Source: Negaprion brevirostris
Lineage: Eukaryota
Length of the DNA: 64,000 nucleotides
Direction: 5' to 3'
Assembly (NCBI GenBank): GCA_030324005.1
Contig: JARDVH010000124.1
Coordinates: 37,007,451-37,071,450, forward strand
Every line of letters starts with the position of its first letter. Within the stretch, counting starts at the first letter, position 1. The translations under genes and the position numbers were made by a program. The notes under the pieces are model-generated. The model ran no database searches and had not been told where the DNA came from. It saw nothing but the letters and a program-made list of their open reading frames with translations. Shown one piece after another: positions 47,570-60,967 of this stretch.

Positions 47570-50005
47570 AAATAAAAGCAAAACTTGCTGGAAAAAAATC
47601 AGCAAGTCATACATTATCTTTGGAACGAGAACCAGCGTTAACATTTCAGGTTGATGGGGCAGGTGAGACAAGGCAAAAAAAAGGCCTTGTGATAGCTTAA
47701 AAGACAGAAGAGAGTGAGAGTGTTAGTCTACCAGGGCCAAAGAGACTGAAGCTTGTAATACGTAAAGAAACAAAAGATTTGCCTGCAGCCAGACATGCCA
47801 CAGTCTGAAACAAAAAAACCCCAAAACATGCAAGGAAAAAGAGGCAAAATCAGGGGCAGAGTTTATGGTCTACATTTGCTGAACTCAATGGTGGGTGCAG
47901 AAAGCTGGAAAGCTTTTCCTGAAGCTGATACTGAGCTTCACTGGGATGGTGCAGCACTCCAAGGACAATGATGTCAACATGAGAGCCAGATGGAGAATTA
48001 AAGGGCACGATTTAAGGCCCATTAGCCATGGGCGCAAATCTCGTTATCGCGAGAGGCAAAAATGGAATTTGTGCCGGTGATATTTTGGAATGCGATCTTC
48101 CTGGGCCCTCCCCAATGACACGATCAGGTTCATGCCCAGAAAGGTCATGAGTTTGAAGGCCCTGGTATGTGCTCCAGGGGATCCTGCTCCCTTTTGACAG
48201 GGTCCCTGGCTTTCTCCATGGGGTGGAGGGGCAACTGGAGTGAGTTTCAGAAGTCTGAACGTCATCTGGAGCTGCCAGTCCTGGAAGCCCACCGTTGTCT
48301 GAACTATACAGTTGAAGCCCTTGGCCATGGCTCTCAGGGACTGAGTTGTGTTTCAGAGTTTACCCATCATGGGTATAACATCATGTTCCAAACTTTCCAC
48401 TGTGGATGCCACACTTGCTGTGTTGGCCTGGGTGTCGTGCATTGCCAGCACCATCTCCTGTGACAGAAGATTGAGGGGTTCCTCCATTCAGCCCTGCGGT
48501 CGCAGGAGTGTTGCTGACAATCCCTCCTGGTAATCCCATCTCTGATTTTGCATCTCCAGTAGCTGAGTGATCAACCTGTCCTTGAAGTTACTTGTGCGAT
48601 CACGGCTGTCCCAGCAGGACTCTTCCTGTCAAAAGCCGGTATCGTGATCTGCCATCAGCAGCTGTCAAAAGCCAGTATTGTAAACTACCATCTGTGTAAC
48701 AATGTCCAACTAAGACAAGTAGGTAAGATTTGCAAAGTCTACAAAATAACAGCCACATTAAACTATCTATCTTTATAAAAATGTAATGCTTTAAAGCATG
48801 TAATACATGAATAAATAACTTATATTAATGCCAGGAGCAATATAAGCTAAAGGAGATCAGCCACGAGGAAGGGTTATGTTTGTGAAATATTCTAGGTACA
48901 AAATCCATTAACCTTTTCCCTATTTCACTGTGAAACTGTTTAAGTGCAACAACCCGTGCCCCCCACACCCCCACAATTTTCCTCTGATGAACGGTCAACC
49001 AGACACGAAACATTGACTCTATTCTCTATCCACAGATGTTGTCAGATCTGCTGAGATTTTCCAGCATTTTCTGTTTTTGCCCCTGTTTTTGAAGTGCTCA
49101 GATGACCTCGGGTTCGGGTATCCAAACACTTTGCACCTCAGGCGTGGCGTTTTTCCCATGGGAGAAAATTGTTTTTTCCCTAAGTGCCTAAAAACTGTGG
49201 TCCAGATCCTGCTACCAGGGCTAATAGGATCACACCAGTTTTTGCGCTGAAATTGGTACTTTGGATGGAATTTGCAAAATGACAGTCCGCAGGAAGTTTG
49301 GGGTCTTGGTGAGGAACTGAATAGGAAGTGCTTCACAAAATGGTCACCCAGTTTGTGTTTGCCCCTGTCAATGTCAGGGAAACCACACCGTGAGCAACTC
49401 ATACAGATTAGATTGCAAGAAGCACGTATAAGTTGGTGCTTCATCTGGAAGGAGTGCTTGTGGCATTGAACAGTAAGGAGGGGAAAGGACACGTGGTAAT
49501 CTCCTGCATTTACATGGGAATATGCCCTGAGAAGGGAACTGGTTCTTTGGGGATTATTGATACTCTGATTCATTCCTCATCGAGGAAAGAGTCCAGTTGG
49601 AATGTTGAAAGAGGTGGGGAGGAGATGGGAAGATGGAATTGATGGTGGTTGCACAGTGAAGGTGGTTTCAATGATGGAAAATTATGCCTTGGATATGGAG
49701 GCCAGTAGAGTGGAAGGTGAGGACAGGGGAAACCCTATTGTGCTTTTGGGAGAGAAGAGAAGGGGTGAGAACAGGTGAGGGAAATGTAGTGGACATTGTT
49801 GAGGGTATCAGTCATGGTAGGGGAGAATCCTTGGTTGAGGAAAAAGGAAGACATCCCCAACACACTGGTGTGAAGGTTGCATCACTGGAGCAGAAGCAGT
49901 GGAGGTGGAAGAACTGGGAAAATGGAATGTCGTCCTTATCGAGCATAAGGTGTAAAGAAATGTAGTTGCACTAGCTGTGAGAGCCTGGAGACTTATAATG
50001 AACAT
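47570..50005 (-). mobile_element. Penelope-like retroelement relic (GIY-YIG endonuclease region plus terminal repeat), split by an insertion
   Basis: Minus-strand frame HSFQMKHQLIRASCNLICMSCSRCGFPDIDRGKHKLGDHFVKH resembles the Penelope GIY-YIG consensus F.C.S.N.vY.I.C..C...YIGET...L..RF.EH. The two parts rejoin as ggagaattaaa|atgacag. Confidence 0.75.
48003..49275. mobile_element. About 1.27 kb insertion in the Penelope relic, probably a non-autonomous DNA transposon
   Basis: Begins gggcacgattt, has GC/CpG-rich ends, interrupts Penelope colinearity, and contains another Penelope terminal repeat at about 48983-49085. Confidence 0.5.
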
Positions 50006-50389
50006 TAGTTCACCACCAATTATTCTTGAGTCTTTTGCAGTTTTAAGGCATTAAAGGGCAATCATCCAAACCACCTTTAATCTTAAAGTTTATAAAGGTG
50101 GCTTCACCAGTTGCAGATTTCTATAAGCTCTTGTAGAGTAATGCACCTTTAGAAATGCTGCTTTATTCTCCAGCTCAAAAGCAACTTTAGAATTGATGCA
50201 AGACGAAAACAAACTTTAGTAAACATTTTCAATGGCTGAAATCTGCACTTGTTTGAGCATTTATTCATATTTGAAGTACCTTGTTTTTGGAGTTTAAGAG
50301 GTGTGTAGGATTGATTTGTGTAGGTCAACTCTATCCTATTGACCCTGAGTTGAACTTCGAACATCAGTTTCATCAAGTGGACCATTTAT

Positions 50390-50800
50390 CTAGCTCTGAA
50401 CCATCAACAACATATATTCTTACCTCACCTCTTCTGTGACTAAAACCCGCTTCAGTGCTAAACAAACGCCATCTGGCCTATGTCTTGGGTAAAGCAGAAC
50501 TCCATTCAACAGATTCCCCTGTCTTCACCAACCTCCACCACTTCCGTCTCCCCTGCTGAATTGCCTTTGTAATCCTCATTCTTATTTTCAAACACTTCTG
50601 CAATCTTGCAATCTGCTTCAGCCAAGTATGCACTCATTGCTTTTATGATGCTGCCTATTGTGCAGATTGCCACCTTTCCACTCCCCCATTGGTGGCAAAG
50701 CTTTAACCCTGCCCTCTGAATTCCCTTTGTTACCTTTCATTCCAGATTGAAAAAACCTCAAATGATACCACTCGATCCATTTTGTTAGGTGACAGCCAAT
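50390..50800 (+). mobile_element. Highly degraded L2 3' region
   Basis: ttcaccaacctccacc...ctcattcttattttcaaa...ccattggtggcaaagcttt...ctctgaattccc, similar to 29097-29400. Confidence 0.5.
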
Positions 50801-52866
50801 GCCAGTTATTGTGATCTAACCAGAATTAGTTCATGGTTGTCGAATGAATATAGCTTACAAATTTGCTTCAAGATTCAAAGGCAATCCGTCTCACAGTACA
50901 GGAGTGTTGACTTGCTCTCCAAAATAGATTCAGACTTGTAGAACTGCAAGATGTTATACACAAGAAGATCAAGGTTCGCTATCTTTGATTACTGTAATTT
51001 TCTCCAAAACATAATTAGTGGACCCTTGCACGTTAGACAAGTATAGTTGAACCAGTAAACATCCTGTTCTCGTGCCTTGTGTTTAGATTTAAAGAATGGG
51101 ATACAACGTGTAAATTCATATTGCTTAGGCTCAAGAAGTCATCCAACAGGTCAACCCATGACAAGTCTGATCACTGCACATATTTGTGCAGAATTTGGCT
51201 TTCCCATGTTAGTGGGTGTTCTGGAGCCAGGAAGGCGTGACATGGAAATGATGGAGGGCTGTGTTCTGACTGACCACTTCAAACCTCTTATTATGGTAAA
51301 CCTGTATTCAGAAAGAACATGTATGAACTCCCTTGTGCATATTTAACCTGGCCAAGAGCCTTTAGTTGTTTAAAGAGGTTTTCGTGATGTAATACAGTTG
51401 TGTGACACAGTTTATTGTCGAGTTTTTGTTAAGTATCTAGTCTGTTTGTATCATAAAGTAAAATTGAACCAAGTGTTGAACCTGAAAAAGAATTGTAAAA
51501 ATACCTTTCAAGAACCGAGGATGCTGAAAACACTCAGCAGGCCCGGCAGTATGTATTAGGAGAGAAAGCAGAGTTAACATTTTGAGTTCTTTTTGGCTCT
51601 GCTTCAGAACTATAAAATAGTTTGCTGTGTGTTATAATCGTATGGATATGTAGTAAGAATCTGTAAAATGATCTACAAATTCATCTTTCCATAATAACAT
51701 GCCTTCCAGAATATCTGACAACTTTAAGATTAGTTTGATTTTAGCAAGGACATTTTAGAATGGCTTTCCTTATCTCAATTCCAAGCCATTATTCAACAAA
51801 GCTTGTCCAATTTGTATGATGGTTGTATGTAATCTTTGTTGAGGAGAAGGAGCCAGGGTTGGCATTAAACATTAGTTAATGAAGAATTAGTCTTGTACAG
51901 TTCATAAAATTAAATGATAATTTGTTAAGAGTCTCAGTTGTAATATTTATGAAGCCATTAGGCATTGATTATGTTTGAAACTGCTAACATGCACAGCGGG
52001 GAATACATTGTCATTGCAGCCAAAATGATTAAATGAATGGCTCCTCTCCTGCAGCAGGGTGTTTGCCAAGTCTAGACTGCAGCAAAGGGAGCAAGGAATG
52101 ATATACACTTGTCTCTTCACCGTTTGCTGTTTAATAGTAAACTGAAACTCGTTGGAGCTGGGCTTGGCAAGTTAGCAGACATCCTAGAAACTCGGCAGGT
52201 CTATGAGGATGGGTCAAAACAGCAACTTGGATTGAAACGTTTGAATGAGAGAACGGTAATGTTTGTGTTCTGTGATAGATGGGAACTAACTAAATCAAAG
52301 GGAAGCTGACTATACATGTGAATCTTGTAATAATAAAGAAGCAAAGTTTGTAGCATTTTTCCTTCCGCCTTCAGAAGTGTGCATTTAAATAATTAACTCA
52401 CAAGAATTAGTTTAAAATGTTCTTAAAGTTGGAAAGTGGACAAAGAAATTAAATAGTATTTTGTTCAGAAGAATTGGGCACAATAAATCAATTGGATTGA
52501 TTGTGCCTGTCCTAGTCCAGGCCTGATTCTGCTCAATAACCACACGATTGTTACAATCTCCTGTGACTGATAAGAAATGACTTAAACTTGGACAGACTAA
52601 TTGTATTTCAGTTGTCCTGACAAAAATGCAGTGGTGTTTTTTTTAAATCTTCAAAGGATCAATGTGTTAATGTTAAAAAAAATGCAAATTGTGAAAGAAT
52701 TCACAGTGAAATATTTGGAATCTGTTACCTCTCTATTTGAATCAGTTTGTATGAATGTGCGGTCTATAAATCCTAGACTACTTGTAATGTGTTGTTTTCA
52801 TTTATATACATCAATGTGAAAATTGTTTTACATTGGGAATGGTTAGCTCTTATATTAGCCAGGCTT

Positions 52867-53292
52867 AGAGAACATAGAACAGTACAGGCCCTTTGGCCCT
52901 CGATATTGTGCCAAGCTATGTCTGAACCCAAGATTAAGCTATCCCACACTATCATTCTGGTGTGCTCCATCTGCCTATCCATTAAACGCTTGAAAGTTCC
53001 TAAAGTGTCCAACTCCACTATCACAGCAGGCAGTGCATTCCACACNNNNNNNNNNNNNNNNNNNNNNNNNNNNNNNNNNNNNNNNNNNNNNNNNNNNNNN
53101 NNNNNNNNNNNNNNNNNNNNNNNNNNNNNNNNNNNNNNNNNNNNNNNNNNNNNNNNNNNNNNNNNNNNNNNNNNNNNNNNNNNNNNNNNNNNNNNNNNTC
53201 TTATAAACCTCTATTAAGTCGCCTCTCATCCTCCTCCGCTCTAAAGAGAAAAGCCCCAGCTCCCTCAACCTTTCCACGTAAGACCTACCCTT
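52867..53292 (-). mobile_element. CR1 LINE 3' end with N gap
   Basis: Minus-strand frame GRSYVERLRELGLFSLERRRMRGDLIEVYK...WNALPAVIVE; tail agaacatagaacagtacaggcccttt. Confidence 0.9.
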
Positions 53293-54337
53293 ATTACTTG
53301 AAGTAATCAGATTCTTTTTCTGATACTGAGAATTATTTAACAACTTCAAATTTCTTAAAGATAAAGTCCAATAAACTGGGTGTTACTAGATATTACCAGT
53401 TAGCTCAGTGGATGTTCCGTATCAGCGAAACTGTTAACTGAGTAGTTCAAATTTGTTAAGATTCCAACACATTGGAAGATACATTTCAGCAGTTTTGAAG
53501 TGTCACAGAAAGAGTCATACATTATGCCTGGAATATTATCGTTGTATACAACTGCAATGAATGGAGATTTGGCTGGCCGCCAGATCCTCCGACCTCGCTG
53601 CAGTAGGAGTGTGTGGTGAACAGCAGGTAAACTCGCACCCTGTGAAGATCATTGGGGTGGTATCCACACCTCACTGCTCATGGCGGAGATCTTGTCAATC
53701 CTGGAGAGTAGCATGTGGGCCTAAAAATAGGTTTCGTGCCCAGCGCCAAACAGTTTGCAATCCTCCTGGTCTCTAATGGCGCAAACCAAATCTGGGTGCA
53801 AGGCCAATTAGCATATTTAAATCGGTATTTAAATATGCATAGCCCACTCGTATCCCAGCGCACCGGATTCTCCGGCTTTCAGTCGAGGCACTAGAACAGC
53901 ATGTGCTGGTCTCCATTAGTGGAAACCTGGCGCAATGGCCATGTTGGGGGGGCCTCAGAGGCCATTGAAGCCTCTGGTTGGTCGGGGGCTCAACATCAAG
54001 TTTACGTTTCACCGCCTCTTCCTCCCAGTTTGGCGCAAACTGCCAACTCTATGATGAGTATGGAACGATTGCGCTGTGGAGCGTGTCTGAGAGACTGGCG
54101 TAGATCAGTCCATTGTTCTCACCGTGCCTGCTTTATGTTAAGATGTTTTTCAAGTTATTGAAGTAACACAATAATGTACCTTGATTTAGTCATTATATCA
54201 TTTGTTCTGGAATAGGACCATTGGTACAATGAATTACTGTACCTAATTATTGATTTTATGGACAGTCTGGACTAGATTTTCCCAATAATGAATTTGCAGA
54301 TAGGTTTTCAATCACCCTCTGTGTTACCTTAACTCAT

Positions 54338-54605
54338 TGATAGTATTAACACTTCAGAGTTGAAAGAATAGGTTCAAACCAGACTTTAGGATCACTACTA
54401 CATCAGTGCAGTATTGAAGGCATGCAGCATTGTCACAGATACAGTCTTTCTGATCAGACATTAAAGCAAGGCCCCATGTTTCCTTTCCAGTGGATGAAAT
54501 AGATTTCATGACTTTAGGCAAAGAGATTGGTGGAGACCTCTCATTTCATGGCCAACATTGATCCCTCAACAGCAACACCAAAACCAAGTTACTTGGTCAC
54601 ATAGG
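54338..54605 (+). mobile_element. Old Deu-SINE 5' half
   Basis: ggttcaaacc...cagtgcagtattgaagg...gacattaaagcaaggcccc...atccctcaacagcaacaccaaaac. Confidence 0.65.
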
Positions 54606-54611
54606 CCATTG

Positions 54612-54790
54612 CACAGGTCCACAGCAACGTGGCTGACTCTTAGTTGCCCTCTGAAATGGCCAAGCAAGCCAGTCGGTTGTACCAAGCCTCTACAGATTGA
54701 CTGCAGCTATTCAAGAAGATAGCTTGCCACCTTTACAAGAACAATTAGGGATGGGCAACAAATGCTAGCCTTACCTGCGATTCCCACACC
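54612..54790 (+). mobile_element. 3' part of the second SINE family
   Basis: ccacagcaacgtggctgactct...ttcaagaag...ttagggatgggcaacaaatgct. Confidence 0.65.
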
Positions 54791-54894
54791 CATAGAACCA
54801 TACAATCCTACAGCGCAGGAGGAAGCCATTTGGCCCATCGAGTCTGCATTGACCCCTTGAAAGAATCTTTAAATAAGAAACTTGTGGATTTGTA

Positions 54895-55250
54895 TATAGG
54901 TGATTGGATGAGTTATGAAGGCTATTAAAAAGGCATATGGAATCCTTGATTTGTAAACAGAGGCAGAGAGTACAAAAAAAGGAGAGTTTTTTTTAAATAA
55001 AGCACAGTTTAGGCTCTAATTTAAGAATTGAGGTCATTTCTGGAGTTCACACTTTGGGAAGGATGGCAAGGCCATTGAGATGGTGCACAGAACATTTGCT
55101 GGAATAGTACCGGGGATGAAATGCTTCAATTACATGGAGAGACTGGAGAAACTTCATCTTTCCTCCTTAGATTAGGGATGGTGATGGAGAGATTTCATAG
55201 AGGCATTCAAAATCTTGAAGAATTTTGATGGAGGAACAACTTTTCCAAGT
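54895..55250 (+). mobile_element. CR1 ORF2 fragment
   Basis: aaaaggcatatggaatcctt...agagtacaaaa...gccattgagatggtgcacagaacattt...ggagagactggagaaact. Confidence 0.65.
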
Positions 55251-55257
55251 CATAAAA

Positions 55258-57620
55258 GCTCTGGTGGAGCCCTTCAGTACTCACCGGAACATGTGATAAT
55301 TCATTATGGTCTGTTGTATTCTGCATAATCTGGCCATAAAGAGGGCTTAGCTCTTGCCAACTCGGACGCAGTGAGCAGCCGAGTTTAAGGAGGAGGAGCA
55401 GGAAGAACAGAGGAGGCAACTAGCCATCCCATCCCTTCCANNNNNNNNNNNNNNNNNNNNNNNNNNNNNNNNNNNNNNNNNNNNNNNNNNNNNNNNNNNN
55501 NNNNNNNNNNNNNNNNNNNNNNNNNNNNNNNNNNNNNNNNTTCCAGTCCCTAATTATCCCATCAGACTACGGTACTGGTTGACACAATGACAAAATTGCA
55601 TTCTCATCAGTTGCACACTGTGCCCCTCATTCTGTTGCAGACTTGCAATCAGTCCTCTTGGTTGGCAATGCTGAAATATGAGCCAACGAAAAAAATAACC
55701 GGTCCAAAGCAGCTTTGCCACATAAACCATTTAATTTTCCAAACCGATGTGCACATCCTTAGTGTAATTTTTTGTGTGCCTTTGCCTATCCTAAAGCTCC
55801 TATACAGTGCTACCATAGTAACGTGCTGGGTGGAAGGCTGCTGATGTTGAGTGAGAGAGACTGCAGATGGTCCAGCAGCTCTGGGCCTACACGGACCAAC
55901 TTTTGACTGCAGTAACTCAGCTTAGACAGGAGCAGTTAATAGTGGCTGCCTGACAGGCAGCAGAAAAGGAACTAGCAGACGGGACTAGGGTGTGGGAGGA
56001 CAAGTGTAATTGTCCTGAGAGAGGACTGTGAGTTGCTACTCCCTGGAACCACTGCCACTGCCCCAGGGTGGAATCTCAGCAATCCAGAAATCTGTCGGAC
56101 GAATGTTTGTTCCACTGCCGTGAGATGCTGAAGCCCCCTTTTGAGCGCTGATATTGCAATCATGATGGCCGCAGTTTGGGCCTGTATGGCGACAAGCTGT
56201 GCTTGTGTCATGGCCTGTGCTTCCAGCGCAGCACTCAGACATTATATGGCTTCCACTTGTGCTGCAATGGGAGCTGAGACGTCGGTTATCAGACACTGCA
56301 TCATGGCCACGTAAATCTGTGTTCTCATTGAGTTGGCGCACAGCTTTATGCTGCAAAATTCTGTGTTCAAAGCTCTATGCAAAGCCATGTGCCAAGTTAT
56401 TCTTCCATGCTCCTTGAGTGTGACGATAAACTTTCTGGCAGGCATCCCATTGAGCAAGTATTTAATCCTTGCCCATCAGCTCTTGTCTGTCCACCACCCT
56501 ATCAAAATTCTCGCCTAAACCCTCTGAAGCAGAACTCCTGTACAATCTTGCCCTTAAGCGGACTGGGATCTGCATAACTGCGTCCACTGCTCTGCCAGCC
56601 TCTCATGTCTGGACAGGCTGCAGTTCTTGGGTATCTGAAAGGAGAAAAACACAAGGCTAGTATTGGAATGAGGGAAGGAGAAGGAAAGAGGTGCATGCTT
56701 AGACCATCTGCAGCTTGTAAATCAAAAAAGATTGTGGGATGAATTGGAAGTGGGTTGTGAGAAAGAGGATTAAGCCAGAACATGCTCTGTCTGTCAATGA
56801 TTTTGGCCCTGCTGACAGCCATAGATCAGTTATGATCACTCCAAGGATTACCAGTGCTGTCAGCACCAGGGGAGTGAGGACACATAGTGACGCCTGTCCT
56901 CTGCTCGCTGATGCAGCTATGCATCACTTTGTCCTGCAAGAGAGAGAGAGGTGTGTACTGTTGTGTAAGGTATGATATGGTTGAATAGCTGCCAGAGTGT
57001 GTAAGCTGAGAGATGTGGGTGTCAGATGGGTGGCAGTGTTAAGTGTAAGGGTGAAGTGAGATTATGAATGTTAGGTATGAGGTGTGGTTAGTCAAGAACA
57101 TTGTTAGTCAACTGAAGTGAGGATGGTGAATGGATCAGTTTGTGAGGCGAGTGATTCATTTGTAAGATGTGACGTTTGATGATGCATTCATTGCAATTCT
57201 TCAGCCTCCTGCACTGCATCCAGGAGGTCCTTGGAGCTCAACATATTACAACGTCAGCGGTAGCTATCTGCACTTACTGCCTTCCGTGTGTGCATGTGCA
57301 TGTGGATGTGTGTGTGCACATGTGCATGTGTGTGTGCAAGGTGTGTGCATCCTTGGCTCCCTGTGGATAGAGAACCTCTTTTATCCTGTTCGCTTCCTGC
57401 ATCAAGAACTTCACTGTTACATGAGAGCCAACTCTCTCCCTGTTGTAACATTTTTACTCTTTGGCTCTCAGACGGCCTGTCCAATTGCTTCTGGAACTGT
57501 CGCAGCACATTACCTCTGAGTTGCAAGCAGGCTGTAAGTAGTGCAGTCTAGCTTTAAGTGGTGCGAGCCTCGCGAGAACTTGGAGTCCCTGCTGAAGCAT
57601 ACAGACACGTAACAGTGTGT
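55258..57620. mobile_element. PIF/Harbinger relic with convergent transposase (+) and Myb/SANT (-) gene remnants
   Basis: 55258-55345 (+): SGGALQYSPEHV then, after a frameshift, FIMVCCILHNLAIKR (HARBI1-type C-terminus). 57440-57170 (-): LMQEANRIKEVLYPQG and PRTSWMQCRR. Helical low-complexity frame at 55972-56211 (-). Confidence 0.75.
57286..57348. repeat. Degenerate (TG)/(TGCA) microsatellite
   Basis: gtgtgtgcatgtgcatgtggatgtgtgtgtgcacatgtgcatgtgtgtgtgc. Confidence 0.85.
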
Positions 57621-59883
57621 TTAGCACTCGGGCTGCATTCTACTTTAATTTATTTAAGCAGACCCTTCACCAGACCCCCAGTTTATTGGTGAGATCTGGA
57701 TAAGAACCAGTAGCTTTTTATTTAAAGTTGGCCAGGTTTGAGGATCAAGGCACTTGCTCAGCGAATAAAGCAACAAGATTCCATGAGTTTTGAATAAACA
57801 GTAAACTTTGCCATACCAAATCAGAGAGATAAAATAATTTACCATATCTTTGTTATAGTCTAACATTCACGGTAAATATGAGGTACATGTGAATTAATAA
57901 GTAAACTGAGGTTGAGCACACCACAGTGCACAATAAATACCAAATGCAACCTAAACAGATTCCACAGATTTCTCAACCCATGTAGACGTCAGTAACACTG
58001 AGTAAACCAATCTCACTGAGACTCCGTCTCTCTCACAAGGGATTCCAAACTTCACATTCAAAGATCTTGCCTCGGTATTCTCTCCAAAGGTCACTCCAAG
58101 CTAGATGGCTTTAACAGCGGCCCACCTTACAGGCAAAGCTTCAGATTTTTGGCCGTTCAAAGCTGAACTTTGAGAGATGTGCTTGGGTCTTGCTGTAACT
58201 TCTTACTGAAGTTACTTACTGAAAGCTTTCTTACTTCTTACTGAAGGCTTTATACATTTGGTAGAAATGAATGTCTTTTTTTTGAAAAGATCAGCTTAAT
58301 TTGCATTTTATTTCCATTGTACTACACTGCATTTCCAACACAGTTTTGAGAATACCTTGCTTAAATGTGGCACCTTGGCTACTTTTGATGTAACCATAAT
58401 GCAATTTTTACTGCTCACCAATCAAACCTTAGGCTTCATCAGGACAGACCGTGTCTGTAATTCANNNNNNNNNNNNNNNNNNNNNNNNNNNNNNNNNNNN
58501 NNNNNNNNNNNNNNNNNNNNNNNNNNNNNNNNNNNNNNNNNNNNNNNNNNNNNNNNNNNNNNNNNNNNNNNNNNNNNNNNNNNNNNNNNNNNNNNNNNNN
58601 NNNNNNNNNNATGATTAGCAATAAAACAAGGCCCCAGTTTTTAATCCAGGGCTATCGGTGAATAACGAATCAATGAGCAGGAAGCGGTTGTGAATGAAGA
58701 CTCCTTGAGGAAGGCCAAACATGTAAGTAATTGCTACATTATCAAGCAATTCATTAATTACAGTATTGACTCTGGAAGGTTGTAAAGTGACATTGTTTAA
58801 AAGTTTTTTTTCCATTGTACACACCCTTTGGTGAAGTTTGCCTTCTGATAAGTGTGCAGGAATACTAATCTAGAGAAATTAATCAGCAGTGACTGGCTGG
58901 TGTTTGGCATTGTATTAGGTTGCCATGTAATCTGCTGGGACATGCAAGATGTTCACATATAGCAGGACATCACAGAGTAGTTTACATTGTGGTCAATCAA
59001 GTCTTGTTTGGGGATTCTCATTTGTAACCTGGTCTTTATTCTGTCGTCGCCTTAACAAATTTGTGGAGGTGTTGTTACTGGCCAAGGAGGATCATTGAAA
59101 GTTGGCAGTCAGAAATTTAGTATTTATTTTGCGTCTCTTTTCACAAATAGGCTTTTGCGGCTTGGTATCAGCCTTTAAGTTTAGCTTTTTTGGGCATTTT
59201 GATTGTGATTTTTCAAAGAAAGAGGCATGTTTTCAGTTAACGCCAAGAGAAAGATCTGAGATTGCCACTGCCTTGTAGAAAAACCTTCCATGTGATTTTG
59301 ATCTGATATGCAGTGCTATGACTCAAGTAATATTTGCACTTCTTGTCCTTTGCTACCGCAGCCCATGGATTGCCTGATTGACCCCATTTTCCTCTGAAAC
59401 CTTTGACCCCATTGTTAGCTTGGTCACCATGGTGTTATTGTAACATTTGCAAGTAGCAGCTGTTTAACACATTGTATTTTAACTGCAATGTTTGCTGTTC
59501 GGTGTTTACCATACTGATTTTTTTCCCCCCCAAAATGAGCTGCGCAACATCTCCTCGTTTATTCAGCAAAAGAGGCTGGCAGGCCTAAAAGCTTTAGATA
59601 TGTTTGTATCCAAGAAAAAAATCAGTAATTTCTAAGGCAGAATTATCAAGATGTCACACTCAAAGAAAATCAGTTTTATCAATACCAGAAAAAATGATGA
59701 CATTTTAATTAAATAAATAATATTCAAAGAATCTTTCTCCCTACCTCTGTATTATTTATTTAGGTGCAGCATTTAGTTTGAAATAAGCTTTATCTATTTT
59801 TGTGTTCTTACAACCAAGTTAGGAGAGTGGCTATTTGTTTCAAGTAACCTTCCACATTTTTACACTTACTTCATGAATCTTTT

Positions 59884-60178
59884 CACAGTGATTAACAGTG
59901 CTGCCTCACAGTGCCAGGTACCTGGATCCGATTCCTGGCTTGGATCACTGTCTGTGCAAAGTTTGCATGTTCTCCCCATATCTGCTTGGGTTTCCTCCAG
60001 ATGCTCCGGTTTCCTCCCTCAGCCCAAAAGACATGCTGGCTAGATGCATTGGCCATGCTAAATTCTCCCTCAGTACACCCGAACAGGCGCCGGAGTGTGA
60101 CAACTCAGGGGTTTTTCACAGTAACTTCATTGCAGAGTTAATGTAAGCCTACTTGTAACACTAATAAATAAACATAAA
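59884..60178 (+). mobile_element. V-SINE, tail B
   Basis: cacagtgattaacagtgctgcctcacag head through gtaagcctacttgtaacactaataaataaa. Confidence 0.9.
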
Positions 60179-60636
60179 CTGATGTGTGANNNNNNNNNNN
60201 NNNNNNNNNNNNNNNNNNNNNNNNNNNNNNNNNNNNNNNNNNNNNNNNNNNNNNCTAAGCAGTTTCTGATTGACTGCAACCCAGATACTGGTCAGAGAGT
60301 TTCTCGCTGATTATTTAACTACAAATCACTTGAGATGATTTGAAACAAATCTCCCAGGAACTGGATTTTCGCACTCAAATTGCAGATCTGAAACTTTAAT
60401 ACCGGCACGGTCTTCCTCAGTTTAGAAAGGAAAAACCACGTATTGTGTCTTTTAATTCCTCTAAGTTCATCTACACTTTCGACTCAAAATGCTGGGGTTT
60501 CCATCATACGTATTTCTTTCAGCTCTCCATGGGGCTGGTGGACTGACAGACTGAAGCATGCTTGCTTGGCACATGACTCCAGTGGGACAATTAATGTGGC
60601 ACCCATTGATATAAATTCACAGAACATATATTCCCT

Positions 60637-60922
60637 GGCGGCACAGTGGTTAGCACTGCTGCCTCGCAGAACCGGGGACCTGACTTCGGTTCCGGGCTTG
60701 GGTTATTGTCACATTCCCCCTGTATCTGTGTGGATTTCCTCTGGGTGCTCTGGTTCCCTCCCACAGTCCAAAGATGTGCAGGTTAGCATGGCCAATCCAC
60801 CTTAGTGTCAGCGGGACCAGCTAGAGTAAATGCATGGGGTTATGGGGAAAGGGCCTGGGTGAGATTGTGATTGGTGCAGACTCGATGGACCAAATGGCCT
60901 CTTTCCACACTGTAGGATTCTA
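60637..60922 (+). mobile_element. V-SINE, tail A
   Basis: ggcggcacagtggttagcactgctgcctc head, tail ggtgcagactcgatggaccaaatggcc...gtaggattctat. Confidence 0.9.
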
Positions 60923-60967
60923 TAATTAGTTACTAGTTCTTTATGAAGATTATTATAACATAACCAT

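Noticed and set aside
57620-58460. Possible solo-LTR-like segment (similar impressions at 44330-44640 and 52050-52340)
   Set aside because: I could not identify TG...CA ends with a target-site duplication or a partner LTR.
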